Source: a virus. Taken from it: a stretch of 37,845 bases of DNA. Numbering within the stretch: position 1 is the first letter of the stretch; every line of letters begins with the position of its first letter. The notes under the pieces are model-generated. The model saw nothing but the letters and a program-made list of their open reading frames with translations, had not been told where the DNA came from and searched no databases. The stretch is taken from the IMG/VR virus record IMGVR_UViG_3300045988_066923, positions 1-37,845 of that record, one strand, 5' to 3'. Below are positions 7,170 to 15,388 of this stretch, in pieces. A program made the translations under genes and the position numbers.

Positions 7170-7964
7170 ATGAAAGCAATTTGTATTATGAACCTGAAAG
7201 GCGGCGTCGGAAAGACGATCACCGCCGCAAACATGGCTGCGATCCTCGCGCGTGACCACGGCAAAAAGGTGCTGCTGGTCGACTGTGACAGCCAGTGCAA
7301 TCTGACGTGGTTCGTCGGCTCGGAAGAGGAGTGCTGCACCCTGTCGGAACTGCTGACTGATCCGGTCTATCCGGAGTACGAGAGTTACATATCATGGACA
7401 GCCATGTCCGCAGGCGTCGACATTCTGCCGGCGGATGCGTCCCTGATGGCCCTCGATGCGTCGCAGCTGCTGGCTGCGCCCGGCGAAGGGCGTGTTCACG
7501 CGCGGGCGCTGTCCGATCTGGTCGACGCGGTCCGCGAAGACAAAGCGTATGATTTTGTGATCTTCGACTGCCCGCCGGCATTCAACGCAGCGGCGGCCTG
7601 CGCACTTCGCGCGGCGGATGAAGTCATCATCCCGATCAAGCTGGACGCCTTTGCCCTGCTCGGCATGGACAACCTGCTCGCGCAGATCAAGAATATGCAG
7701 CGCATCAATCCCAAGCTCCGGCTGGCCGGTGCGCTCATCACCATGCGGACGCGGGCGGACGGCGTTGACGCCGCAGAGCAGCAGCTGCGCAGTGTGCAGG
7801 GCTTGCCGGTGTTCCAGCGCGTGATCCGCCGCAGCGGCAAGGTTGACGGCTCAACCTTCGACCGGTCTCCGATTACGGTTTTCTCCCCCAAGTCTGCGAC
7901 CGGCATCGATTACCGCCGCTTCGTCCGCGAGTATCTGTCGCAGGAGGGATTGATCGATGGCTAA
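7170..7964 (+). CDS. parA: ParA/Soj-family partition ATPase
   Basis: Deviant Walker A, MNLKGGVGKTITAANMAA...LLVDCDSQCNLT. Confidence 0.9.
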   Translation: MKAICIMNLKGGVGKTITAANMAAILARDHGKKVLLVDCDSQCNLTWFVGSEEECCTLSELLTDPVYPEYESYISWTAMSAGVDILPADASLMALDASQLLAAPGEGRVHARALSDLVDAVREDKAYDFVIFDCPPAFNAAAACALRAADEVIIPIKLDAFALLGMDNLLAQIKNMQRINPKLRLAGALITMRTRADGVDAAEQQLRSVQGLPVFQRVIRRSGKVDGSTFDRSPITVFSPKSATGIDYRRFVREYLSQEGLIDG

Positions 7965-9453
7965 GGGCTTTGATATCACCTCGCTGTTCGGAGACGCCGC
8001 AGCCGTGTCCAAATCGGACACCGACCGAACGGTCACAATGATTGACATTGACCAGCTGCAGGCCAACGAAAAAAACTTTTACAAGGTCGGCAAAAAGGAT
8101 CTTGACGATCTCAAGAGCAGCATCGAGATTTCCGGCATTCTCGACCCGCCGAGCGTCTGCAAGGCGGACGGCGATAAATACCGCATTATCTCCGGGCATC
8201 GCCGATGCGAAGCGGTGCGGCAGCTGGTCAAGGAGGGTCGCAAGGATCTGCGCATGGTTCCCTGTTTCATCCGCAGCCCGCAGAGCGCGGAAATGGAGGA
8301 ACTGGAACTGATCTGGGCGAACGCCACATCGCGCGTTCTGTCCTCGCCGGAGCTGGCCCAGCAGGCCGCCCGCGTGGAGGAGCTTTTGTATCAGCTCAAG
8401 GAGCAGGGCGTGGAATTCCCCGGCCGGATGCGCGACCACGTCGCGCAGGCCTGCAAGATCAGCCGGACGAAGCTGGCGAATCTGCATGCCATTCAGACAA
8501 ACCTCCGGGCGCCGCTGCTCGATATGTGGCGCAAGGGAACGCTCAACGATGCGCAGGCGCTGGAGCTGAGCCGGCTCGACGGCGGGCTACAGGACCGGCT
8601 GGCAGGCCTGTTCCCTCGCATGAGCAAGGACGATCTTCCGGCATCCGCAGCTGTCCAAAGAATTGGAGAGCGCGCAAAAACCGGGGCGAAGTGGCTGCCC
8701 TGTGGTGTGTGCCCGGCCGGCGATGGCCTTACCTGCCCGTCTGCTCGCGGAGACGCATTCCTGCGGCACGATTTGGGCAATTACTACGATATGTGCCAAG
8801 GCTCAAAATGCTGCTGGACCTGCCGCAATGGTAGAACGGCTAGCGGATACAACGCCTGCGACAGTATGTGCAGCCGTGCGAAAGCGGCCCGCACTGCCGC
8901 CAACCAGCAGAGAAAAGACAAGGAAGAAGCAGCAGCCAAAAAGGCCGCGGATAAGGTCAAACAGGCGTTTATTGCGGAGGCGAGGCGCTGGCTTGCTGCC
9001 GCCGATGCCGCCGGGCTGTCGGACAAAACGAAAATCGATATTTCGTCCTATTCTTCGGTGTCGGTCGAGGAACTGCGCAGCTGGGCGGCAGGGAAGGATC
9101 TTGACCATCGCAGTTTTTACCGCAACGATCTGGAACCCCGCTTTGTCGACGTGGCCAAGGTATCCAAGCAGCTGCAGTGCTCCGCGGATTATATCGTCGG
9201 CAACATCGACCAGCCGTGGCCGGTCGTCCCGCTGTCGGAACTGCTGGAATCCGACCAGCCGCCGAAGTGGCGCACCGGTACACCGCCCGCGTCCGGCCAC
9301 TACTGGTGCAGCTTTGACTGTGGCAGTACTGCAATACATAGCGACGCAGTCTATGACGCCGTATTGGACGCGTGGTATTTTCCACGCCACGGCGCGAAAA
9401 TTGATGCAGTCTGCACCGGCTGGGTGCGGCTGCCGGAGGAGGACGACGCATGA
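7957..9453 (+). CDS. ParB/Srx-domain protein with a Cys-rich middle region and a DUF551-like C-terminus
   Basis: N-terminal ParB box SGILDPPSV...YRIISGHRRCEAVRQL. Cys cluster CGVCPAGDGLTCPS...CQGSKCCWTC. C-terminus ...GHYWCSF...VCTGWVRLPEE. Overlaps the ParA gene by 8 nt. Confidence 0.8.
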   Translation: MAKGFDITSLFGDAAAVSKSDTDRTVTMIDIDQLQANEKNFYKVGKKDLDDLKSSIEISGILDPPSVCKADGDKYRIISGHRRCEAVRQLVKEGRKDLRMVPCFIRSPQSAEMEELELIWANATSRVLSSPELAQQAARVEELLYQLKEQGVEFPGRMRDHVAQACKISRTKLANLHAIQTNLRAPLLDMWRKGTLNDAQALELSRLDGGLQDRLAGLFPRMSKDDLPASAAVQRIGERAKTGAKWLPCGVCPAGDGLTCPSARGDAFLRHDLGNYYDMCQGSKCCWTCRNGRTASGYNACDSMCSRAKAARTAANQQRKDKEEAAAKKAADKVKQAFIAEARRWLAAADAAGLSDKTKIDISSYSSVSVEELRSWAAGKDLDHRSFYRNDLEPRFVDVAKVSKQLQCSADYIVGNIDQPWPVVPLSELLESDQPPKWRTGTPPASGHYWCSFDCGSTAIHSDAVYDAVLDAWYFPRHGAKIDAVCTGWVRLPEEDDA

Positions 9454-9782
9454 TAAAAGATCGAAACGACATGGTCGATCTTATGGTCGAGCTGCTGGAA
9501 AACGAACTCTCCGAACCAGATTATATCCCGACTGCCCGCGGGCGTGAAATCATCAACGAGATCGCCGACTACGCTGAGGGCACAAAGCTTTTTGCGGCAA
9601 GCGGATCTCGCGGCACGTACATACAGGGTAACTGCGGCATTCACGGCTGCGCGATCATTCGCGCAGCAGGAACAACAATCAGAGAGTTGATCGCCGAAAA
9701 AGGGCGGCTGAAGCGACGGATCCGCTTCCTTCAGGCAATGTCGGTTCCTGGCACGCTGCCGGAAAGGAGAGATGATCCATGA
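9450..9782 (+). CDS. Hypothetical protein
   Basis: ATGA overlap with the upstream gene; same operon. Confidence 0.55.
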   Translation: MIKDRNDMVDLMVELLENELSEPDYIPTARGREIINEIADYAEGTKLFAASGSRGTYIQGNCGIHGCAIIRAAGTTIRELIAEKGRLKRRIRFLQAMSVPGTLPERRDDP

Positions 9783-9967
9783 GCGACGCATATATCCGCC
9801 GCTCGGCGGCAATTGGTCTGATCCGACGACACATTGGAGACTTGCAGACATCTCGGGAGGAAAGTCTGATTGCATGGGTTATCAGCACTCTACGCACCAT
9901 GCCCGCCGCCGACGTTGCGCCTTTTGCAGCCGAGGCGAACGGAAAGGAGAAGATGGATGACACGTAA
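9779..9967 (+). CDS. Hypothetical small protein
   Basis: ATGA coupling to the upstream gene. Confidence 0.55.
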   Translation: MSDAYIRRSAAIGLIRRHIGDLQTSREESLIAWVISTLRTMPAADVAPFAAEANGKEKMDDT

Positions 9968-10202
9968 ACGGTTTATCAAGCTATGTATGGGACGGCTACA
10001 TTTGTCACGCAATCAGGCAGCGGCAGCCGCAGAATCCAGAGGGCTTACGTATCATATGCTGCGAATGGCCATATCGATGCAAGAGTGTGCGCAGGCCTTT
10101 GCTCGAATGTCCTGCTTGGTGGCGCATGTGGACTCCGGCACGGAAATTCGCTACCGGCACGTCAAGAGCGTCCGCGATGGAGTGATCGAGTATGATGAGT
10201 AA
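9957..10202 (+). CDS. Hypothetical small protein with N-terminal motif RKRFIKLCMGRLHLSRNQAA
   Basis: Trimmed to the ATG at 9957, 7 nt after AAGGAG. A paralogous motif occurs in the 10759 ORF. Confidence 0.55.
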   Translation: MTRKRFIKLCMGRLHLSRNQAAAAAESRGLTYHMLRMAISMQECAQAFARMSCLVAHVDSGTEIRYRHVKSVRDGVIEYDE

Positions 10203-10461
10203 GCGAGCCGCAAAGGTAGCATCCATGGGCGACGCAAGATTTGCAGTTGAGTGGGAAAGTAGGTCTTGTACAGTCGGCCAAAGGAATGGATATTTCCATT
10301 GCTGGGAGCGCCGCATCTGCGGCGATCAAATCCAAGTTGTCGGAATTGTTGAGTTTTCTGACTGCGTCAAACGAGTTGACCCGGAGAGCATTGCTTTTCG
10401 TGATGAGACAAACGCACTTCTGTGTACCTTTGATCGCTTCGGGGTTCCGCATGATGGGTGA
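10192..10461 (+). CDS. Hypothetical protein
   Basis: ORF overlapping its neighbours in the operon. Confidence 0.5.
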   Translation: MMSKRAAKVASMGDARFAVEWESRSCTVGQRNGYFHCWERRICGDQIQVVGIVEFSDCVKRVDPESIAFRDETNALLCTFDRFGVPHDG

Positions 10462-10762
10462 CGATACAAAGCGCGTCGTGATCCGCATCAAGCGGCACAT
10501 TCCCATCTACCCGCATCTGGCTCCCGCGGTCGGTGAGATCGTTGTGGCAGACAGGCTGAATGACCCGTACAGCAACAGATACTTTTATGTCCTCCAGCGG
10601 GCCGGCAAGCGCGTAATCATCCGGCCGGACGAATGCGTGGAGATCTCACCGGCGGAAGCGTGGCCGGAGCTGTCCGTTTCCGGTCGTTGGGCGAAACTGC
10701 ACCGGGAGCAATCACGGGAGGCTGCGCGGCGAAGCTATTACAGGAGGAAACAGAAAAAATGA
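10451..10762 (+). CDS. Hypothetical protein with a basic C-terminus
   Basis: Trimmed to the ATG at 10451, which overlaps the upstream stop. Confidence 0.5.
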   Translation: MMGDDTKRVVIRIKRHIPIYPHLAPAVGEIVVADRLNDPYSNRYFYVLQRAGKRVIIRPDECVEISPAEAWPELSVSGRWAKLHREQSREAARRSYYRRKQKK

Positions 10763-10881
10763 GACGACGGTACATCAAGCGGCTCATGGCGCTCGGCATC
10801 CAGCGCAATGAGGCGGCAGATCTGTGGATGCGGTATGGCAGGCAGCTCTGGCCGCCGAGGCTGGCGCTGCCCGGACGGTAA
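10759..10881 (+). CDS. 40-aa protein, MRRRYIKRLMALGIQRNEAADL...
   Basis: AGGAGG SD and ATGA overlap with the upstream gene. Shares an R-x-x-IK-x-LM-x-LG-x-x-RN-x-A motif with the 9957 ORF. Confidence 0.5.
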   Translation: MRRRYIKRLMALGIQRNEAADLWMRYGRQLWPPRLALPGR

Positions 10882-10893
10882 AGGAGGAACGGC

Positions 10894-11049
10894 ATGATTA
10901 TTGAGATTCTGACACTGGCGGCGCTGATCGAGTGGATCGTGATCGGGCTGCTGCTGATTAGAAGCATTCGCGCCACGTGCAAAAAGATCTGCGCCGTGGA
11001 GGATGCGATGCTTGGCACGATTCAGTCATGGGGCGCGGACAATGGCTGA
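10894..11049 (+). CDS. 51-aa membrane peptide, absent from the ORF track
   Basis: AAGGAGG SD 6 nt upstream. TM segment ILTLAALIEWIVIGLLLI. Confidence 0.5.
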   Translation: MIIEILTLAALIEWIVIGLLLIRSIRATCKKICAVEDAMLGTIQSWGADNG

Positions 11050-11389
11050 TTTTATGACGCGCATGGATGAGGTCAGGCGCAACGGCATGGCCAATGCGTT
11101 TGACGCCGGAGTGCAGAAGGGCGCGGATCTGATCCTGTGTGCGCTGGCGCTCGAATTCGGATTCGGGCCTGAACGAATGCGGCGGCTTGCGGCCAAGGTT
11201 GCAGAACTTGACGATGCGCACCGGGCCGCATGGAACGGCAGCGAAGAGGCGGACTTCCACAAGGAGCGGATCGATTCTGTCCTTCGGATCGCCTGCGGCG
11301 ACGCCTTCGTCCCCTTTGATCTGCGCAACGAGTTTATTTTGCCGACGCACTATAGCAAACCGGCGCGGCAGCATAAACGCAGACGCTGA
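11042..11389 (+). CDS. Hypothetical protein
   Basis: Trimmed to the ATG at 11042, overlapping the upstream stop. Confidence 0.55.
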   Translation: MADFMTRMDEVRRNGMANAFDAGVQKGADLILCALALEFGFGPERMRRLAAKVAELDDAHRAAWNGSEEADFHKERIDSVLRIACGDAFVPFDLRNEFILPTHYSKPARQHKRRR

Positions 11390-11483
11390 CGATCTGATAT
11401 CAACCGGCTGCTATATTTCATGGACTTATGGCAACAGCTGCTTGCCATGGCAGCTGCTGCGGGGAACGGGCCGGTTTGATATA

Positions 11484-11513
11484 GGCTCGCCGCGTCCCCC
11501 TACGCGGCGAGCC
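11484..11513. other. 11-bp perfect GC-rich hairpin with an 8-nt loop (TCCCCCTA), 16 nt upstream of the Rep-like gene
   Basis: GGCTCGCCGCG (11484-11494) pairs with CGCGGCGAGCC (11503-11513). No U-tract on either strand. Confidence 0.6.
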
Positions 11514-11528
11514 AACACAAAACAGGAG

Positions 11529-12392
11529 GTGATCGCGATCCCTTATTCGCGCACGATCAAGGAGATCTATGCAGGGCCGTGCTACCGCGCGATTGACAGC
11601 GCTTCGATCCGGCCGCCGACCGGACGGCGCTCCGGCCGCGCCGATGAAACGGCACCGTACCAGCAGTATCTCAACGACAAGTCATCCGTGCAAAAGCTGG
11701 AGCATCTGATTGAGGCAAACTTCACGCTGGACGATCTGTTCGTTACCACGACCTATGCGGACGATTTCCTGCCGCCGAACTATGATATCGCCGCCCGGCG
11801 GCTGCGCGCATTCTTCGCGCGGTATCGCCCGGCGCGCAAAGCGCGCGGTCTGCCCTATGATTATGTGTATGTCATAGAGGGCGAGCACGGCGACAAGCGT
11901 ATCCATCATCACATGATCCTGCCAGCAGACGGCGGCAATGCGGAACTGATCCGTGAGCTGTGGCTATACGGCAGCATGGACATTGAGACGATCCGCCAGT
12001 TTGGCCTGCGGCCGATCCGGGGCAGTCCTTCGCTGCAACTGTCCGAGTATATAGAAATGTTCGGTCCGGACAAAGGGCCGGGGCATTACGAGATCGACTG
12101 CTATCATAAGGTCGCGATGTACATGACAAAGGAGCCGCGCAAGACTGGCCGGGCCAGATGGCAGGCGCGGATGTACACACCATCAAAGGGACTTGCGCAG
12201 CCCGTCGTGCTGGAGCGGACGCTGGAGCCAGGCGAACGATATGAGCCGCCGGATAATGTTGTGCAGCTGTCAGCCGAACGCAAGGACAACCGGTACGGCG
12301 ACTTTGGGTATACCTTCGGCTGGGTCAAAAATCAAACCGGGATAAACATTTTCGGCTCGAAACAATCAATAAATAACGGAAAGGGTGGATAA
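11529..12392 (+). CDS. HUH-superfamily rolling-circle replication initiator-like protein
   Basis: Three ordered motifs: FVTTTYADDF (motif I), RIHHHMILPA (HUH), and VAMYMTKEPRK (catalytic Y-x-x-K). There is no in-frame ATG: GTG 11529 abuts the SD, and ATC 11538 has ideal spacing to AGGAGG. Confidence 0.65.
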   Translation: MIAIPYSRTIKEIYAGPCYRAIDSASIRPPTGRRSGRADETAPYQQYLNDKSSVQKLEHLIEANFTLDDLFVTTTYADDFLPPNYDIAARRLRAFFARYRPARKARGLPYDYVYVIEGEHGDKRIHHHMILPADGGNAELIRELWLYGSMDIETIRQFGLRPIRGSPSLQLSEYIEMFGPDKGPGHYEIDCYHKVAMYMTKEPRKTGRARWQARMYTPSKGLAQPVVLERTLEPGERYEPPDNVVQLSAERKDNRYGDFGYTFGWVKNQTGINIFGSKQSINNGKGG

Positions 12393-12397
12393 AAGTC

Positions 12398-12610
12398 TTG
12401 CAAAACAAAACTGTGCGTGATATACTGTTGGTGTCAGCGGATGACAAGCTGATCTGCCCACTATGCGGCAGGCCGACGCAGCAGCGAGTGCTGCCGACAT
12501 CCAGGCTGATCGACTTCCCGCTTTACTGCAAGCACTGCAAAAAAGCGACAGTCGTAAACGTGAATACGAGCCAGAGCCAAAGCCAACGTGCTAGTGCCAG
12601 CGCCAAATGA
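12398..12610 (+). CDS. Cysteine-rich KTR-type zinc-ribbon protein
   Basis: LICPLCGRPTQQRV...LIDFPLYCKHCKKATVVNV matches the C-P-x-C-G ... FPLYC-x-x-C-K pattern of the Cys_rich_KTR family. TTG start. Confidence 0.7.
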   Translation: MQNKTVRDILLVSADDKLICPLCGRPTQQRVLPTSRLIDFPLYCKHCKKATVVNVNTSQSQSQRASASAK

Positions 12611-12645
12611 TTTGACCATGATGGTCGGATCGTTTGGCGCTTTTG
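12599..12645 (+). terminator. Structured hairpin with T-run after the KTR gene (end of the early/middle operon)
   Basis: Outer 9-bp stem AGCGCCAAA / TTTGGCGCT, with an inner palindrome GACCAT-G-ATGGTC, followed by TTTTGTT. Confidence 0.5.
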
Positions 12646-12658
12646 TTATGCAGCCGAG

Positions 12659-13072
12659 GTGATAGCCGGCTGGCAGATGCGCCGCGATCCGTTCAGGGTC
12701 ACGGCGCTTTTCTTTTTGCCGATGGATTACAAGAGCAAACGATGGCTGGCGCTACGGGCGCGGATCCTTCGCCGGGACAAAGGCCTGTGCCGTGAGGCGC
12801 TGCGGTATGGCCGGCGCGTCGAGGCAACGACAGTGCATCACGTCTACCCGGTCGAGGATTACCCGGAGCTGCAGTGGGCCGAGTGGAATCTGATCTCGAT
12901 CAGCCAGCAGGCGCACAACAGCTTCCACGATCGGTCGACCGGGAAGCTGACGCCGACCGGGTTGGCCTGGCAGAAACGAGTATCCCCCCCTCGAAAGTCA
13001 AAAACGGAAAGGACCCAGATCACCGGGCTGGGGGACTCTTTCCGACGGACGGAAAATAGCGGGAGGGGGTAA
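12659..13072 (+). CDS. Phage HNH endonuclease (packaging-associated)
   Basis: YKSKRWLALRARILRRDKGLC ... VHHVYP ... NLISISQQAHNSFH. Sits immediately upstream of the terminase. Start uncertain (GTG 12659 or ATG 12722). Confidence 0.85.
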   Translation: MIAGWQMRRDPFRVTALFFLPMDYKSKRWLALRARILRRDKGLCREALRYGRRVEATTVHHVYPVEDYPELQWAEWNLISISQQAHNSFHDRSTGKLTPTGLAWQKRVSPPRKSKTERTQITGLGDSFRRTENSGRG

Positions 13073-13092
13073 GCGACAAGAAAATACGCGAG

Positions 13093-13129
13093 CAGGACGC
13101 GCGCGCAAACGACGCGGGCGCGCGTCCTG
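13093..13129. repeat. 12-bp perfect GC inverted repeat CAGGACGCGCGC / GCGCGCGTCCTG with a 13-nt loop
   Basis: Arms at 13093-13104 and 13118-13129, between the HNH and terminase genes. Confidence 0.7.
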
Positions 13130-13142
13130 GGCCGACCGGTTT

Positions 13143-13221
13143 CTCCAGGCGCGGAGGTTTGTCCTCTTTCCTCCGGCCCTCGTGTGGGAACGCTGGGCGC
13201 GGTTCATCGCCGCGCCTGGAG
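13143..13221. repeat. 12-bp perfect inverted repeat CTCCAGGCGCGG / CCGCGCCTGGAG separated by 55 nt
   Basis: Arms at 13143-13154 and 13210-13221, upstream of the likely terminase start. Confidence 0.7.
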
Positions 13222-13252
13222 AAGCCGGCCGGAGAATACCCGAGGTGATGAA

Positions 13253-15388
13253 TTGGCCAAAGAGGATATGATCCGCGCCGATATGCAGGCCGTCGGCACC
13301 TACAACCAGATTTTCGAGCCGACGATCAAGCAGCTGGCCAAGACGGAGCGCGAGCTCAGCCGCGCGGAGAAGGCGTGGAAGAAAGCGGGCGGCCTGATGG
13401 TTGCGACCCTGACCAACAAGACCGGCAGCGAGTACACGGCGAAGGACCCAAATTGGACGGTCGTTGAAAACCTCCGTGCGACGGTCACGGGCCTGCGCAA
13501 TCAGCTGGGTCTGACGCCGACCGGCCTGAATAAGGCCCGCAGCAAGCAGAGCGTGAGCCAGGACAAAGCAAAGATTGAGCAGCTGCTTGACGATGCGCAC
13601 GATTACGCCGTCGAGCACGCGGCAGAGTATCAGCGCGACGTTGACGCATACGTCGACAAGGTGCTCAGCGGTGAGATCGTCGCCTGTGAGTGGATCGTGC
13701 TGGCCTGCCGCCGATATCTCAACGATCTGGCGTCCTGCCGGTGGGACTTCCGGCCGGAACCGGCCTGTGAGATCATCGCGATCATCGAGACGACGCTTTG
13801 CCACCAGCAGGGTGAGTTCCTGGACGCGCGGCCGCTGCGCGGCACACCGTTTTATCTGCTTCCCTATCACAAGTTTATTTGCTTCAATGTCATGGGCTTT
13901 TATCTCAAGGGCACCAGTGAGCGCCGATTTAAAGAAGCCCTTGACTTTATCCCCCGAAAAAACGTCAAGACCACATTTGCTGCATCGCTGGCGTGGGCGC
14001 TGGCCCTGTATGAGCGCAGATCCGGCTCCAAGGTCTATGAGGTCGGCGGCGCGCTCAAGCAGGCGCTCGAAGGCTTCGATTTTTTGAAGTATAACGTCAA
14101 CCGGCTGGGCGTGACCGTCAAGGAGGATGCGGAACGCGGCCTGCGCATCACGGACAACAATATGGAGCACTCCATTGTCGGCGATATCGGCGACGGCTTT
14201 ATCTCCATCAACGCGCTGGCCGCGAACCCCGACAAGCAGGACTCCTTTAATGCCAACATCGTCATTTGTGACGAGGCGCACGTGTATAAGTCGCCGAAGC
14301 AGTTCCAGAAGCTTCGCGACGCGACGAAGGCCTACACCAACAAGCTCGTTATCATCATCTCTTCCGGTGGCGCGAACGCACTCGGCTTTCTGGCGAAGCG
14401 CGTGGAGTTTTGCAAGAAGATCCTCGACGGGACGATCAAGGACCCATATGCGGATGAGATTTTTATCTTTATCGCGCAGGCCCCGACCAACGAGAATGGC
14501 GACGTTGACCTGCTGGACCCGAAGGCGCTGGAGGCCGCAAGCCCCGGCTGGGGCTACAGCATCCGCCCGCAGGCGATGATCAACGACGCCGCGCAGGCCG
14601 AAGCAGATCCGCAGCTACGTCCTGAGTTTTTGAATACCTCGCTTAATATCTTCACGGCCGCGCTGCGCGCCTGGTTCGATATTACCGAGTGGCGCAAGTC
14701 CGACGCGAAATACAACTGGACGCTGGCACAGCTCGCACGCCTGCCAATCAAATGGTATGGCGGCGCTGACCTTTCCAAGATGCACGACCTGACAGCCTGC
14801 TGCCTGTTCGGCCATTACAAGGGCGTCGATATCATCATCCCGCATTGCTGGTTCCCGCGGCCAGCGGCGGAGATCAAGGCCAACAAGGATCAAATCCCGC
14901 TGTTTGGCTGGAAAGACGATGGCTGGCTGGATATGACCAACGACAAAGTCACGAATTACAGTGACATTGTCCGCTGGTTCAAGAAGCGCCGCGCCGAAGG
15001 CTTCAGGCTTCGCCGCATCGGACACGATCCGAAATTCTGCCGCGAGTATTTCGTCGAGATGAAAAAGGAGCATTTCCCGGTCAAGGCGCAAATGCAAACC
15101 TTTATCCTCAAATCCGAGGGGTTCCGCTATCTCGAAAAGTCCGCGAAGCAAGGCACACTCTACTATATGCACGCTGAACCGATGGAGTATTGCGTGCAGA
15201 ACGTCGCCGGTGTTGAAAAAGCTGACGACATGGTGCAGTACCAGAAAATCGAGCCGAACTTGCGCATTGACGTGTTTGACTGCGCGGTCTTCGCGGCCTG
15301 CGCCTATCTGAATGATCTGAGCGAGAGCAGCAAGGGCGCTGGCTGGTACAGCAGTGCCCAGCATGAAACGGAGGCTGATGCCGATTGA
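13253..15388 (+). CDS. Terminase: a P27-type small-subunit-like N-terminal region fused in frame to a large subunit (Terminase_1-type)
   Basis: N-terminal ~130 aa (YNQIFEPTIKQLAKTEREL...LRNQLGLTPTGLNKA) looks like TerS. From ...VDKVLSGEIVACEWIVLACRRYLNDL onward it looks like TerL. No stop codon separates the two. The frame is open from 13184; TTG 13253 follows GAGGTGA. Confidence 0.85.
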   Translation: MAKEDMIRADMQAVGTYNQIFEPTIKQLAKTERELSRAEKAWKKAGGLMVATLTNKTGSEYTAKDPNWTVVENLRATVTGLRNQLGLTPTGLNKARSKQSVSQDKAKIEQLLDDAHDYAVEHAAEYQRDVDAYVDKVLSGEIVACEWIVLACRRYLNDLASCRWDFRPEPACEIIAIIETTLCHQQGEFLDARPLRGTPFYLLPYHKFICFNVMGFYLKGTSERRFKEALDFIPRKNVKTTFAASLAWALALYERRSGSKVYEVGGALKQALEGFDFLKYNVNRLGVTVKEDAERGLRITDNNMEHSIVGDIGDGFISINALAANPDKQDSFNANIVICDEAHVYKSPKQFQKLRDATKAYTNKLVIIISSGGANALGFLAKRVEFCKKILDGTIKDPYADEIFIFIAQAPTNENGDVDLLDPKALEAASPGWGYSIRPQAMINDAAQAEADPQLRPEFLNTSLNIFTAALRAWFDITEWRKSDAKYNWTLAQLARLPIKWYGGADLSKMHDLTACCLFGHYKGVDIIIPHCWFPRPAAEIKANKDQIPLFGWKDDGWLDMTNDKVTNYSDIVRWFKKRRAEGFRLRRIGHDPKFCREYFVEMKKEHFPVKAQMQTFILKSEGFRYLEKSAKQGTLYYMHAEPMEYCVQNVAGVEKADDMVQYQKIEPNLRIDVFDCAVFAACAYLNDLSESSKGAGWYSSAQHETEADAD

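Noticed and set aside
8663-9547. 294-aa alternative-frame ORF inside the ParB-like gene
   Set aside because: Its Arg/Pro/Ala-rich composition marks it as out-of-frame translation. The ParB-like frame carries recognisable motifs and is translationally coupled to its neighbours.
12998-14281. 427-aa minus-strand ORF, plus similar long antisense ORFs at 14615-15418, 17079-18191, 24103-25242, 25415-26440, 35360-36088 and 36756-37721
   Set aside because: All lie opposite confidently assigned terminase, capsid, tail or cassette genes. They are low-complexity Arg/Ala/Gly/His-rich and lack ribosome-binding sites. They are GC-driven open frames and not genes.
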